64,000 bases of DNA from Octopus vulgaris (GCA_951406725.2 CATOCA020000001.1:1798001-1862000), one strand, 5' to 3'. Positions 45,138 to 59,287 are shown, numbered from the stretch's first letter. Made by a program: numbers and translations. The notes: a model not told the origin generated them from the letters alone.

Positions 45138-46871
45138 TTGGCATCCTTTTCGTCTCGGGAGACAATGGAGTTGCGCATAAAATAGTCTAGTCCGGCTTTT
45201 ATATTTCATATCCTGATACATTTCCTGCTGTGGCTGTGTAGTCCTATCCTGGACAAACGCTCCCTCTGGCAGGTACCGCAAATGTAGCGAAGACTGTTCC
45301 TGGCTGGTTGTAATGTCATAGTTTCTTGTTTACGTCTCTTCTTTTCTTTCCATTTCTCCTCTCTCTCTCTGTCACTCCTTTGTATTCCCTCTTTTACGGT
45401 ACGTCGCCATTCTCCACGGTTGCCGGCAACTGCCTCCCAATTGCTAATATTGATGTTGCAGGCCTTCATGTCCCTTTTGCAAACATCCTTGTAATGTAAG
45501 ATCGGTCTACCCACAGACCTGGTACCGCTAGCAAGCTCTCCTTAGAGTATGTCCTTGGGGATTCTGCCATTTGATGCGGAGGATTTTTCGGAGGCAGCGC
45601 AGGTGAAAGATGTTTAGGTGAGGCTCTTGGTGTGTGTATAGCGTCCAAGTCTCACTTCCATACAGTAGAGTGCTGAGTACACATGCCTGGTAGATCTTCA
45701 TTTTCGTGGTCTTGATCAGCTTATTGTTGTCCCAAGCCCGTTTGGAGAGTTGGGCCATCGCAGCAGCTGCCTTTCCAATGCGTATATTGAGCTCAGCATC
45801 AAGGGATAGGTTGTAGGTGACGGTAGAGCCCAGATAGGTAAACTGTGGTCTCCACTATGTATGTTTGGGATGTCCGATGTAACCTGACCCATGATGTTGG
45901 TCTTCTTAAGGATGATAGCTAAGCCAAAGTCGTTCAATGCTTGCTCAAAACAGTCAATGAACCTTTGGAGGGCTTCTTCTGTGTGTGATACCAGAGCGGC
46001 ATCATCAGCAAATAGCATCTCCTTGATCAGGACGTTTCTGATTTTAGTCTTGGCACACAGGCGCGAGAGATTGAACAGTTTCCCGTCACTTCTACTGTGC
46101 AGAAACACTCCATCATCTGATGTCTGAAAGGCTTGTGAGAGTAAGAGCGAGAAGAAGATGCCAAAAAATGTAGGAGCGAGGACACAACCTTGCTTTACCC
46201 CGTTTTTTATTTGGAAGGCGGCTGATGTTGAACCGTTGTGCTGTATGGTGCCTTGCATGTCATCATGGAAAGACTTGATGATCCTCAGCAGCTTTGGTGG
46301 ACATCCGATTTTTTGGAACAGGATTAAGAGGCCTGTTCTGCTTACCGAGTCAAAAGCCTTTGTTAGATCAATGAAGGCCATATATAATGGCATTTTCTGC
46401 TCTCTGGACTTCTCCTGAAGTTGGCGTACGGAGAATATCATATCGATAGTTGATCTGCTTCTTCTAAAGCCACACTGCGATTCGGATAGATACGAGAAGC
46501 AAGTAGTTGTAGCCTTGCCAGGATAACGCGGGCAAAGGTCTTTCTAACAGTGCTTAGAAGAGATATACCACGGTAATTGTTACAATCACCACGGTCACCT
46601 TTGTTTTTGTAAAGCGTAATGGTGTTAGCATCCCGCATATCCTGAGGGACTGTACCCTCTTCCCAGCACTGACACAGAAGCTCATGAAGATGCCGAAGCA
46701 GGATGGGGTTTTTACCGGCTTTGATGATATCTGAGGGGTGCCGTCTATTCCCGGAGACTTAGTTCTTGCTAGGGAGTTAACAGCCTTGGTGAGCTCTGCT
46801 ATAGATGGCGGACTGTCAAGTTCGCACATGACTGGCAAGATCTTGACACTCTCGACTGCAGCCTCAGCCAC
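45135..46871 (-). mobile_element. 5'-truncated RTE-clade LINE, frameshifted
   Basis: KGDRGDCNNYRGISLLS, FIDLTKAFDSV, GVKQGCVLAP, MLFADD, LLYGSETW and a C-terminal CGTC..SRIGLHSH..C. Confidence 0.93.
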
Positions 46872-47149
46872 TCAATATAAAGTCTATCTATTTCCGGCAT
46901 AAAAGAGGTTTATGCGCATCCGGTCAGTATGTCTAAGTAGTGGTCAATATTGAGGAAATGCAACAATAGAGGCCGCGAAACAACAATAGCATTTTTACGA
47001 GTCAAATCCCGTAACAAATTATATATTGCTCGGGAAAATGTAAAAATATATATACATATACACATACATATTTCGGGATGGTCATGTTATTTATTATTTA
47101 AAAAAATATATAATTGAATAAATATATGTGTGCATATATATATTGTGTG

Positions 47150-47321
47150 CCCAGGTAGAGTACACGGGGATCTCTACGTACAAAAGTGTTCGGGCAAACA
47201 GATCACATTGGCATAATTTGAAGAACGCTGTCGAAGTAGTTTCTCATGGATTCAGATCTACGTTTCGAGCATTGTCTTCTGTGAAATATACACACTGGCC
47301 ATTTTCAAGATGTGCAGATAG
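47150..47321 (-). mobile_element. Mirror copy of the Helitron RepHel fragment
   Basis: Reverse complement of 42655-42826. Confidence 0.85.
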
Positions 47322-47676
47322 ATTTTAGGAAAGTGTTCCTACATGTAAACAGGATGTGACCTTTGTGTTGACAGTGTATTTGTCTAAAAGCAGAACAGTT
47401 CTTCCATCAGCGCTTGTCAATTGGCTGAAGTAACATGAAAGGCATCGTCATTCATGGTATATTCGTGAATAAGTCACAAACTGAAATACGTTGATCTATT
47501 GTTTAGGGAAATATTATTTACTTGTTTAAGGGTTGTACTGGATACATAGCGAAAACAGCTCTAACAGTTCAAATAGTAAGAAATAAACATATATATATAT
47601 ATATACAAATTCATACTATCCGGTAATTAATGTGCTTAAACTTTTATATTTTATGTTTTTTTCATTATGTTTCCAG

Positions 47677-47729
47677 GTTCAAGTACTGGTAATGGAACAG
47701 AGGATAGAACAGCAGAAACAAACTTTTGA
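47677..47729 (+). pseudogene. Third copy of the adhesion-GPCR terminal exon (same strand as the gene)
   Basis: ttttttcattatgtttccAG|GT TCA AGT...GAA ACA AAC TTT TGA. Confidence 0.6.
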
Positions 47730-48464
47730 GTGAAAATCGAAAAAGAGCCTCCAAGAATCGTCTTTGCTGATATTTTATGCTATAAAACGATATTTTCTCC
47801 ATATATAATACAAAATAAAATTTTCTCCATATATAATACAAAATAAAATTTTCTCCATATATAATACAAAATAAAATTTTCCCCATATATAATATGAAAT
47901 AAAATTTTCTTCATACATAATATAAAATTATATTTTCTCCATATATAATATAAAATAATATTTTCTCCATATATAATATAAAATAATATTTTCTCCATAT
48001 ATAATATAAAATATTTTGTCTTTGTAACCACACTATAATTGTACGTTTCAATACAACACTAAGCATGCAAGAGACTGTATAATCCACCATAATGTAATTT
48101 AAACGAGTTTCAGGGCCTCACTATGGCTTGAAACTGAAAATATTGCATGATTTGAAATTATATTGATATTCTATCTTCTTGCCAATTTAATGTTATCAAT
48201 GTAAGCTTTAGAATTGTTAAATAAAGGATTAAATCTGATCTGTTGCTACCGTTCGTTTTCTAGATGAAATACTGTAATACCGCAGACTAAGATCAAATAC
48301 CACCGGAAGAGGCATTGATTCCATTTGTTATTTTAAACATTCCACTAAAATGTTAAAACTTGCAAAACGTATCATGTTGATTAGATTTACGATCATTTAT
48401 CTAATTAGTATTATCAGGTCATTCAATTGTCATTGTTCAAGTAATCAACATTTCACAAACAGCT

Positions 48465-48852
48465 GGAATGGAAGCACTCCGTCGGTTACGACGACGAGGG
48501 TTCCGGTTGATCCGAATCAACGGAACAGCTTCCTCGTGAAATTAACGTGTAAGTGGCTGAGCACTCCACAGACACGTGTACCTTAACGTAGTTCTCGGGG
48601 ATATTCAGCGTGACACAGAGAGTGACAAGGCCGGCCCCTTGAAATACAGGTACAACAGAAACAGGAAGTAAGAGTGAGAGAAAGTTGTGGTGAAAGAGTA
48701 CAGCAGGGATCACCACCATCCCCTGCCAGAGCCTCGTGGAGCTTTAGGTGTTTTCGCTCAATAAACACTCACAACGCCCGGTCTGGGAATCGAAACCGCG
48801 ATCCAGCGACCGCGAGTCCGCTGCCCTAACCACTGGGCCATTGCGCCTCCAC
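48465..48852 (-). mobile_element. tRNA-derived SINE with a 12-bp TSD
   Basis: TSD tcacaaacagct at 48453-48464 and 48853-48864, with empty sites at ~8660 and ~40410. Head ggcgcaatggcccagtggttagg...ggtttcgattccc. Confidence 0.92.
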
Positions 48853-49284
48853 TCACAAACAGCTACATTCCAATCAAAGCACCGGACGTAGATTTGTCTT
48901 CTACACGTTCATGTCTACTTTCACTCCATCAATGTTACACTAACACGCGACTGCGTATGCCTCAATGTCTTCATTGAAGTAGTTTCTTAGTTATATTCTC
49001 TACATGATATTCAGGCCCATTAGGCCGCAGTCTCTCTCGGGATCCAACAAATTCCAACACCCGGGGATAGAAGACACCCCACTAAAAGAGATGCCAGTCT
49101 GTTGCAAGTTTAACCCTTGGTTGTTGCTGGTATTTCTTCTCAGATGACTGCACTGGAAGTGTTTAAGGACACTTTAAGAAGTATGTGGAGAAATATAGTC
49201 CAATAGGGGATGCTAGAAATAACAGCCAAGTATGTTAAAGTTTGGCTTTGTGTTTCATATGAAAATGAAGGACACTTCGAAACT

Positions 49285-51005
49285 CTTCTCTCTCCTTCCT
49301 CATTCTGTATTAATACCTCATCCTTCCCCTCTTCCTTTCTCTAATACATGATAGACTCCCTCTCTTATCACACACATCATTCCCTCTCCTTCTCTACTCC
49401 TCTCCCTCCCCCTCTTTCACTTATTTATGTTATTGCTTAACCCCGCCTCCCTCATCCCTCGTTTTCTCTCAACTCTTACTCTCCCTCCCTCACAAAGCAT
49501 ATATCTCATACATCATCTCTATTTCCTTCCCCCTCCCTTACTTTTTGTCTCTCTCCCTCCCTCTTTAACACCTCATATCTCATACTCTCCCTCTACCTCT
49601 TTTGCGCTCCGCCCCACGTCACACTCTCCCTCTCTTTCTAAACCTATGTATCATTCTCTCTCTCCCTCCACCTCCTTATATAATATTCTCTCATTCTCTT
49701 ACCTCATTCTTTCCCTCCCTTTCTCCTCCCTTTCCCTCTCCCTCTCTTTCTCTATGTCTGTCTTTCTCTCTCTTTGCTCTCTCGATTTCTCTATTTCAGT
49801 CTCTCTCTTTCTCCCTCTCGCTTCTTATGTCTCTCTCTGTCTCCGTGTCTCTGTTTGTCTGTCTCTCTCTTTCTTCCTCTTTCTCCCTCTCCCTCTCTCT
49901 ATTACCTTATTATATATTAATGCTCCGCCTTTTTACTCTTTCTCTCTCATCTCATACTCCTCCTCTCTTCTTAACATTTATTTCTCTAATCCCTCCTCCT
50001 TCCTCCCCCATTCTCTCTCTCCCTCTCCCTCTTTCTTCTCATCATTTTTACAGAATTACGTCGCCTTCCTCTCTTTCTCTCTCTCATTCTTTCTCTCTTT
50101 TTGTTTCCCTTTACTTACTTTCTCTTTCTTTCTTTCCATTCTTTTTCTTTCTTTCTTTCGTTTCCTTTCTTTGTTTTTTCTTTCTTTCTTTCTTTCTTTC
50201 TTTCCTTCTTTCCTTTCTTTCTTTCCTCCTCTTTTCTTTCCTTCTTTCTTTCTTTCCTTTCTGTCTTTCTTTCTTCCTTCATTTCTCACATTTTGTTTTC
50301 CTTTCTATCTTTTTTCTTTCCTTTCTCTCTTTCTCTCTTCCTTCATATCTTTCATCTTTCCTTTCTTTCTTTCTTTCATTTTCGTTATTTCTTTGTTTTT
50401 CTTTCTGTTTTACATTTCCTTCTTCTTACCCTTCATTCCTTTTTCTTTCCTCGCTCTTATCTTTCCTTCTCCTTTGCTTCTTTTCTTTTTCCTCCTTGCT
50501 TTTTTGACGCTGTTTCCTTTCCTTTCCTTTTCTCTCTCTCCCTCTCGCCCTGCTCTTATCTTTCTCTTTTTCTTTCCTTCATTCTTTCTATCTTTCCTTC
50601 TTTCCTTTTCCTTTCTTGATACCTTTCTTTCTCCCTTTCTTTCTTTTTTCTTTCTTTCTTTCTTTCTTTCCCCCCGCTCTCATCTCTTTGTTTATTACGG
50701 AATCACTTCGCTTTCTTTCTTTCTTCTTTCTTTCTTTCTTTTTTCTTTCTTTCTTTTTTCTTTCTTTCTTTCTTTTTTTCTTTCTTTCTTTCTTTCTTTC
50801 GCTCTCATTTCATGCATTATTACAGAATCACGTTACTTTATTCCTTCCTTGCTCTTTTCTTTCATTCCTTCTTTATTTCTCTTTTCTTTCTTCCTTTCTC
50901 TCTCTCTCTCTCTCTCTCTCCCTCTCTCACTCTCTTTCATTCTTTCCTTCCCTTTACTCTCTCTCTCACTCTCTTTCTTTCCCTTAATCTCATTGTTTCC
51001 CTCCC
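49285..51005. repeat. ~1.7-kb polypyrimidine (CT/CTTT) low-complexity tract
   Basis: Direct inspection. Confidence 0.95.
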
Positions 51006-51846
51006 AAAACCATTCCGACCTTTATAAAAGAATCTCACCTCTCTATTGTCTCGCATCATTCGTGAAACAGCAACCAAACACCTTGAAATTCTTAAAGTTT
51101 CATCTTTATAAATGCAGGACACTTGAGGAAGCGTCTATCAAATATATTGTCCTACAAGTTGTCGGGTAATATGCTAAAAATAATAGATTATATTTTGTAT
51201 TGCTTTTCATGAAGGATTAAGAGAGACTTTAAGAAGCATCCGGAGGAATATTATCCAATTGGTAGTCATACGTGATGCTAGAAATAACAGCCAAGTGTAT
51301 CAAAGTTGTCTGTTGTCACTCATATAAAAATTAAAGGTACTCAGAAAATCCTCTCTCCCACCCCAGCCGATTTTAATATATCACCCCAAATCTAAGCCGA
51401 ATACCCCTAACCTCTAACCCACTTGCCTTCACTTCAGCGACGATGCAAACTCTGTGATGATTGCAGGCAGAGTGAAACGAAAGGTAAGAATATATATATG
51501 TATTTTAAAGAATATATTTATATTTTAAAAGATTATTTACGTATATTTATTAATTAATTATTCTATTATTGTAGTTTACTTTTAACATGATGAGTGGCTA
51601 TATTTATATCGAACTGGTTTTACTACTACTATTAATTATTTTATTATATTCATTTCTTAAATATAGCCACGAAGCACGTGTCGTTAATCTACCAAATATA
51701 TACGTTTTATTTATTATTATTTTGCAATTTACTTAATCATCGGTTTATTATTGTTATTTTATATTTAATATTTCTATTATATGTAATATTCTGGTGTAAT
51801 TTAATTGTTCTTTTTCAATTGATAAAAGGTAGCTTTTTTCTAATTC

Positions 51847-51982
<136 letters not shown>

Positions 51983-53240
51983 GATCGTTAGCTACTATAC
52001 GCATGTTTTCTCTCCTTGTTTCTCTCCTTGTTTTTTTCTGTGTATCTTTCTGTGGAAGAGCGTAGGCTCGAAACGTAAAAGACTTTTTCTATTCCTGAGC
52101 GCTATACTAATACATTTGTTTGCTTGTACACCACCTGCCTTTGCCTTTTGTTTATTTTCGTAAACTTTCCCTTTATATAAATATATATATATATATAGTT
52201 AATCCAAACATGAAAACACAAAGAGAAAACACAACAACGCGAGGACGTGGAACAAGTATAGTATTATTGGACGCTGAGGAAATAAGGAAAGAAGGAGGGT
52301 TTAACGTTTCAAGAGGAACTCTTTGTCAGAAACATAGGAAAAGGAAAGATCAATTTAAGAAACACACAAAAACCAATCGATTCACTTCAACATTTAAGTT
52401 TAATTTGTCAAAATATTTTCGTCGCTAAAATCCACGACCTGTTCACTGACAAAAATCCGTGCTGCATCTGAGAAAGTAACAGTTAGTTCGTCATATATAT
52501 GTACGTATGTATGTGTGTATGTATTTATACACGCATGTATGCATGTATCCATGTATGTATGTATGTATGTACGTACATACGCCTGTGTGTATGTATGTAT
52601 GTATGTATGTATGTATGTGTGTATATGGACGCACATACACACTATAAACTTAAAGCTATAAACCTATAGTGATGGATAGATGTAGACTGACCACTCATCA
52701 CAATAATATCAAACTTCAACGTTCCCCGCCGAAACTAGGAAGTGATTTACGACCCTCACCCCCAAAACAAAACTCTAAAACCTATTATCAGACATTTATC
52801 TGAATATCACAAAACGTTTGTTTTACTATAACTATTTTCCCCCTTACATCCGGTTACTTCAGGTTATATAAATATATATATATATATATACGTATGTATG
52901 TGTGTATGTGTGTATGTATGTATGTATGTATGTAGGTAGGTATGTGTGTATGCACGTACGTACGCATGTGCGTATGTATGTACACGCGCACGTATGCATG
53001 TACCTATGTATGTGTGCGCGTACATGTACGTGCGTATGTACGTGTGTATGCCCATACGCAGGTATGTATGTATGTTTGTACTTATGTGCTACATATGTAT
53101 GTGAGTATCTAGGAGAATGGACAGACGCGTCTGTGTGTGTGTGTACATGTGTATGTGCATGTGAACGTATGTCCGTGTACCGGTATGTGTCCGTCCAAGT
53201 TGTGTACATCACTGTTAATTTGTTGAAGGTTGTCTATATA

Positions 53241-53448
53241 TTTCTTTACTACCCACAAGGGGCTAAACACAGACGGGACAAACAAGGACAGACAAAGGGA
53301 TTTAAGTTGATTGCATCGACCCTCAGTGCGTAACTGGTACTTAATTTATCGACCCAGAAAGGATGAAAGGCAAAGTCGACCTCGGCGGAATTTGAACTCG
53401 GAACGTAACGACAGACGTGCTAACGTTTCTGCTAGCTCGCCGTCACAC
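53241..53448 (-). mobile_element. SINE with a 20-bp TSD
   Basis: tgttgaaggttgtctatata at 53221-53240 and 53449-53468. Confidence 0.85.
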
Positions 53449-54081
53449 TGTTGAAGGTTGTCTATATACACACATATATGTTTGTATAGACGCACACACA
53501 TATATATATATATATGTGTGTGGGTGTGTGTTTGTTCCTCTCATCATCGTCTAACTGTGAATGGATACAACATTTCGGTGCAACTGTGCACATATAACCA
53601 TATACATATACGCAAGTACACACAATCATATAGACACACTCATAAATATACATATAATCTTAAATTATATACTCATATATACTTATCCACTTCTACATAC
53701 ATATGTCCTATTACACACATACACACACACACACGCACACACATATGCATAAACATACATACGCACACACACACACATACAAAATACGACAGTATACAAG
53801 GGCAACGGTTAAAAATCGAACATGCATTATATTAACCTATCTGCTCTTTTTCTTTTTTCTTTTTTTTATATATGCATAAGCGCATACATATACAATACAT
53901 ACATACATCCATACATGCTCATATGTGCATGCATGTGCATTTTTTCTTATAGCACCACACACGCACATACGTATCGAACAACGTACGCCCATACGGTTAT
54001 ATATAACTGCACATAAGTGTTTTAGCACAACGCATTGCAACATGTATGTAAGGATTACATGTAAACGAGAGAGAGAGGTGG

Positions 54082-54552
54082 TTATAGAATGGTCCTCCTG
54101 AATGGGATCTGGATGTTACTCCATTCGGATTTTCGGTTGAGAGTAGGTTTGTATTCTTGTATACAAAGAGCTTCTGTGACCTGTCTCAACATTGCATCGG
54201 TGGGATGTGTTGATAGGATGTTCAACTTAAGTTTCCCTGAGGATCCCCCGTGGCAGTCCACAGCATGTTGGTAGAAGATGGAGTTTGGCTTCCTTTCAAT
54301 GTAGTTGTCCAGGTGTTCTTTGAACCTATCATTGATACTTCTAGAAGTCTCACCTATGTATGACTCTGGGTTAGTCTCGCAAGCTCCTTCTTGGCACTCA
54401 ATTTGGTATACGGTGCCCTTGGCTTTGCAGTTCACATGTGGGTTTGTCGAACATACTGCACAATTACTTTGACAGGTGATTCTATCAAATGGATATGAAC
54501 TGCATAATGCAGATTTGGCATTATGCAGATCATATCCATTTGACAGAATCAC
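54082..54552 (-). mobile_element. Penelope-like GIY-YIG endonuclease fragment
   Basis: CAVC...NCKAKGTVYQIEC...YIGETSRSINDRFKEH...RQVTEALCI...PTLNRKSE. Confidence 0.88.
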
Positions 54553-54787
54553 CTGAGAGGCGAAAAGTAGAACAACAAAGGGCCATTGACATCAATCGGA
54601 TCCATTGTCAGGTTAAAGACCGCAGGTGAGAACAAGATGTCTCTTATGCAAAACAACTGCTCAAACAAGAAAGTCAACGACTACCATCACAGGTGTATGA
54701 ATGTGTCCATCACACACTGAAACACCAACCGCGACCACCACAAACATATAAATGCATACAAATAAACATGTGTTTGTACGTGTATCC

Positions 54788-54895
<108 letters not shown>

Positions 54896-55287
54896 ACACC
54901 CGTCTGGCTACTTCATTTGAATTTTACAATATCGATGCTTTTCCAGTTCTGCTGCGTTTCGCTGGAGAACCGTTTTCCCCCAATGTCCAGCGACTCGGAG
55001 ATCAAACATCTCTATTGTCAATTAAAATGCAGCAGGCGAGGGCAGAAAGTCTCTTAAGCAAGAAGTCACCCAAAACCTCACAACGGAAAATGTGAACGGT
55101 GTCCATCTCACACACACACACACACACATACACACATACATAAATGCAGGTAAATGAATATGTGTTTGTACGTGCATCCGTGAGAGAGATTGTGTGTGGG
55201 TGTTTGTGTGTGTGTATATGTATGTATGTATGTACGTATATCTATATATATATATATATTTATATTACCTCAACATCCAAACTTCCT

Positions 55288-55537
55288 CATTCTACATTGA
55301 GAGAAGGACGAGATGGACGCTTCATTTTTATGCTGTTGCCGCATTATGTCGTACGCGAATGAGAGGATTTGCATCCCCAACGTAGAATTTTTGATGTAAT
55401 ACATGTCCTTGAGGTAGTAGTTGTGCGCGGCTGAAGAAGGCCACAGACACACATTATGCATTGTTATAAATCCGTCTAATAAAGGCCCGAAACATATGTA
55501 CCACTGAATCCTTGGCATCATGTTTTTATTTTGATTA

Positions 55538-55580
<43 letters not shown>

Positions 55581-56065
55581 CATACATACATATATACGTA
55601 TATATACATATATATACGTACATACATACACACACATATATATATATATATATACATATATACATACATTAATTGTCCCAGCGACGCTTGACAAGCGCAG
55701 TGAACATCCCTCTCACTTAGCGATGCGGCAAATTGTACCGATAGAATGAGTGTCGGGCTTAGATATTACTTGGGTTGATATGTTGGACTAAAAACTTAAA
55801 GTTGGTTCCAAACCAACTCTGACAGTGTGCTTCCTATGTAAACAACAACCGCTTTTATTAGACGGTTATATCAATGCATAATTGATGTAATTTGTATGTC
55901 AATAGCCTTCTTCAGCCGCGTACAATTACTACTCCAAGGACATGTATTACATTAGTTTGGGAAAAAGACGAATTACGCTGGGGATGCAAATCCTCATAGT
56001 CCTGTACAACAGAGCGAGGCACAAAAACAAAATCGAAGCGTCCATCCCGTTTTTCACGAAGAATG
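55288..56065. repeat. Diverged ~200-bp inverted repeats (foldback or MITE-like)
   Basis: gatggacgcttc/gaagcgtccatc, gaggatttgcatcccca/tggggatgcaaatcctc and gcggctgaagaaggc/gccttcttcagccgc occur in mirrored order. Confidence 0.85.
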
Positions 56066-56585
56066 GGTTCTCAAGAAAAATCTCAGCAAAAATTCAAAGT
56101 GTAAAAATAAGCAGAGACACGTGAAAATATTCGAAATACGTAAATATTAACAAGTGAAACCAATTGGTAGATAGGGAATCGTTTTTCATTTCGGATATTT
56201 TCATGTTTCTTCGCGTATTTTTACACTTTGGCTTTTTGCTGAGATTTCTCTTGAGAACACAGTCTTCGTGGTAAATGGCGATTTGACGTCTATATTTAGC
56301 ATATAGGCTATCCACTTTTAGTGGTCAGTCGTCTAAATTGTGTGTAACACTTTATTTCACGTTGCTCCAGTTCACTCAGCTGTAGAAATGAGTTGCGACG
56401 TCACTGGTGCCAAGCTGTATCGACCTTTGTCTTTCCCTTGGATAACACTGGTGGCGTGGAGAGGGAGGCCGGTATGCATGGGCGACTGCTGGTCTTCCAT
56501 AAACAACCTTGCCCGGACTTGTGTCTAGGAGGGTAACTTTCTAGGTGCAATCCCATGGTCATTCATGACCGAAGGGGTCTTTACC

Positions 56586-56664
<79 letters not shown>

Positions 56665-56681
56665 CACATATATATATATAC

Positions 56682-56724
<43 letters not shown>

Positions 56725-56763
56725 CACATATGTATATATATATACACACATATATATACATAT

Positions 56764-56820
<57 letters not shown>

Positions 56821-58540
56821 ATATGAAGTGACTAATGTTGCTAGTAAGCAGCAGCAACATTGCTAGAAATAAGAGTCAGAATGGCTCTTAGCCATCAGTA
56901 AGCAAGGGATACAAGCTCCATAGTGCAAGCAAGACAGAGCCGGATCATCGATGATTTCGGATGTGTGATGCATTCCATGTGGTTGCCAAAGGTTAAAACT
57001 CAACTGGCCTTGTCTGTTTATAAGAAATACCAAAGCAACCAGTGGCTCGTGGCTAAGAGTTGATTTGGCTCGTATTTCTAGCAATACTTTTGCTTTTTCG
57101 TTGTAAATTGCTAATAGTTACCCCAATGATTTATAATTTTCACTTTTATCATTCACGGAATCAGCCACTGATACACACCCGCATACACACACACACACAT
57201 AAATCAATGACAATTTTTGTCTGACTTTTACCATCTTAATGTTTAAACCAATGAACCAATATTCACGAAACTCTCCGTTCATGTTACACTAACATTCAGT
57301 TAAGTGATTAGCTAATTGGATTCCTATAAAAATCTATAACGTGCAACCCAGGGGCATTGGAAGAAATAAAATTTTAAAATGATAAAGTTGCAAAAAGTAT
57401 TAATTTGACGGAAAGAGAGTATCAAAGAGAGAGGGAGAATTCTATCAGGGAAGGCGAAAACATCAGCAAGAATGGGATTTTAATGTTAATATAGCTGTCA
57501 TATACACGCGACGCTGCATACATACTTTTGTAAATACATTGATACAGCACACACATACACAGAGAAGGGTGTATTTTATGAATACGTAGCTTTCATGAGA
57601 GACAGAGTAAGGGGCTTTTCTGATGTTTATCGGCGAAGAAACACTCACACATAGACACACGCATACATATGAGTATATACATACAGGGTACATGCATATG
57701 TCTATTATACAACATTTTAAACTCGTTATTCCCTGTGTGTACGTATTTAAACGTGTGTGTGCGTGTGTAACACGTCCTATAACTGTCTGTCTCTCTAATT
57801 TTGTAGGGACATCCCTGTTACTGTCACATATTTTGGGAGAGTATAACTAGGTCAATATTTCCAAATTTAGTAACTTGAAATAACTTCGTTATTTGTTTGT
57901 TGCAGAAAAGTTGCAGAAAAAGGTTAGTGAGGTTTAAAGTTTAACAAATATTACCTAATCATAAAACAGGATTTGGAAGCTGGCATAGGAGCCAATTCTG
58001 GGATGCTGGAATCTTTATGTTGAAGGAAAAATGGAGAAAGGAGAAAGGTTGTGCAACAAAATGGTTCATATTTAGTTGAATAAATATTCAATCACATAAT
58101 ATCGTTTTCTCTTCTAATTTCCTTAAATAATCGACATGAACTTTCCGGATAACCTTAAGTACCAAGCATTCTACTCTCAGCTATAAATGAAGGTAGATAA
58201 CTATCAACATATGCGAGGAGGTTAAATCTGCCGATATAACAATGGAAGCGTTTAAGGAGGCAATTAAGTATGGCAACAACAACGAACGGATATTTCAAAG
58301 TTTATCTTTATTTCAAAAGCTAATTTCTAACAAAGGAACCAAACCAGTGAAGGGTATCTCTTATGTGAGAGATAGATCTGCTAGAATTAGTAGCTAAATC
58401 CACTGCACTCCACACCTCATCATTGTAAAGGCGGACACATTGGAGAATGTGGTTCTTGGTTCTCTGTACTTTGGTCAAAGGTCTCTCTCTTTGGTCAGCA
58501 TTCACCTGGGAGTAAACAACAGCAGAATTTACACAGAAAT

Positions 58541-58734
58541 TCACCGTTCATCTAATGAGAGATATTCAAGGGCAGCAAAGCACTCAGCATCTTTAAAGCC
58601 TCTTCTGAGGGTCTCAACTGTACGTTCCTCTGGTTTACAATTTATAAACCACTCACAAAGCATTTGATAACTCTGTTTTACTGTGTCACAAGGGAAAACG
58701 TTCTTGATAATATCCTGGTCAATTGCTGGAATTC
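58541..58734 (-). pseudogene. Ankyrin-RING-Death gene, terminal exon (C-terminal half of a Death domain)
   Basis: ttttAG|GIPAIDQDIIKNVFPCDTVKQSYQMLCEWFINCKPEERTVETLRRGFKDAECFAALEYLSLDER*. Confidence 0.75.
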
Positions 58735-58788
58735 CTAAAAAATACCTGCAAAAGATACAATAAGAAATAACAGCAACAGTATTAACAA

Positions 58789-59170
58789 TCTTTCTATATA
58801 TAAAGCTGAAGTTGTCTGTGTATGACAGGTTTGGTAGCCTTCAACTAACATTATCTCCTCTGAGACCCTACGGCACAAGTTGACCAAAATTGAGAGTATG
58901 ATAGAAGAAGGCTTGCTCTTCCTTCCGTACAAGAATCGGACCATGTTAACACCAAAAATTATTTACATCAAAAAGGTGCTTTTTTTCTATGAAAATCCCT
59001 ATTTTTTACGATTTTTTGACTGATATGTCGCCATTTTTCGGTGTATTTCAACCAGAAAAATGTTCACTTAAAGAGAATAACAAGCTATATAATGCCAAAA
59101 TTGTACTTTTCAAAAATTCCAGTTCTAAAGGGTCGAAACAAACCCGAGCAACGCCGGGCGATACTGCTAG
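58789..59170 (+). mobile_element. Non-autonomous Helitron
   Basis: A|TCTTTCTATATATAAA start, subterminal hairpin cccgagcaacgccggg, CTAG|T end. Confidence 0.88.
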
Positions 59171-59287
59171 TGTTATAGTAAAAGTCTTTATCTTTATTAA
59201 CAATCTAAATTTTATTATTGAGAGACATTCCTAACATGAATGGTCAACCAGCAATCACAATGGCTTTCGACAATTTTTATACTTTCA

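Larger units (their letters stand above)
46872..49164. repeat. Inverted duplicate of 40108-43105 (also a direct copy of 6612-8970 without the Helitron)
   Basis: Mirror ORFs 42648-/47128+ and colinear sequence. The junction abuts the RTE 5' end. Confidence 0.96.

Noticed and set aside
49427-51169. 580-aa F/L/S-rich ORF resembling a membrane protein
   Set aside because: It is a by-product of a polypyrimidine tract that cannot encode stops; all frames are open and there is no domain.
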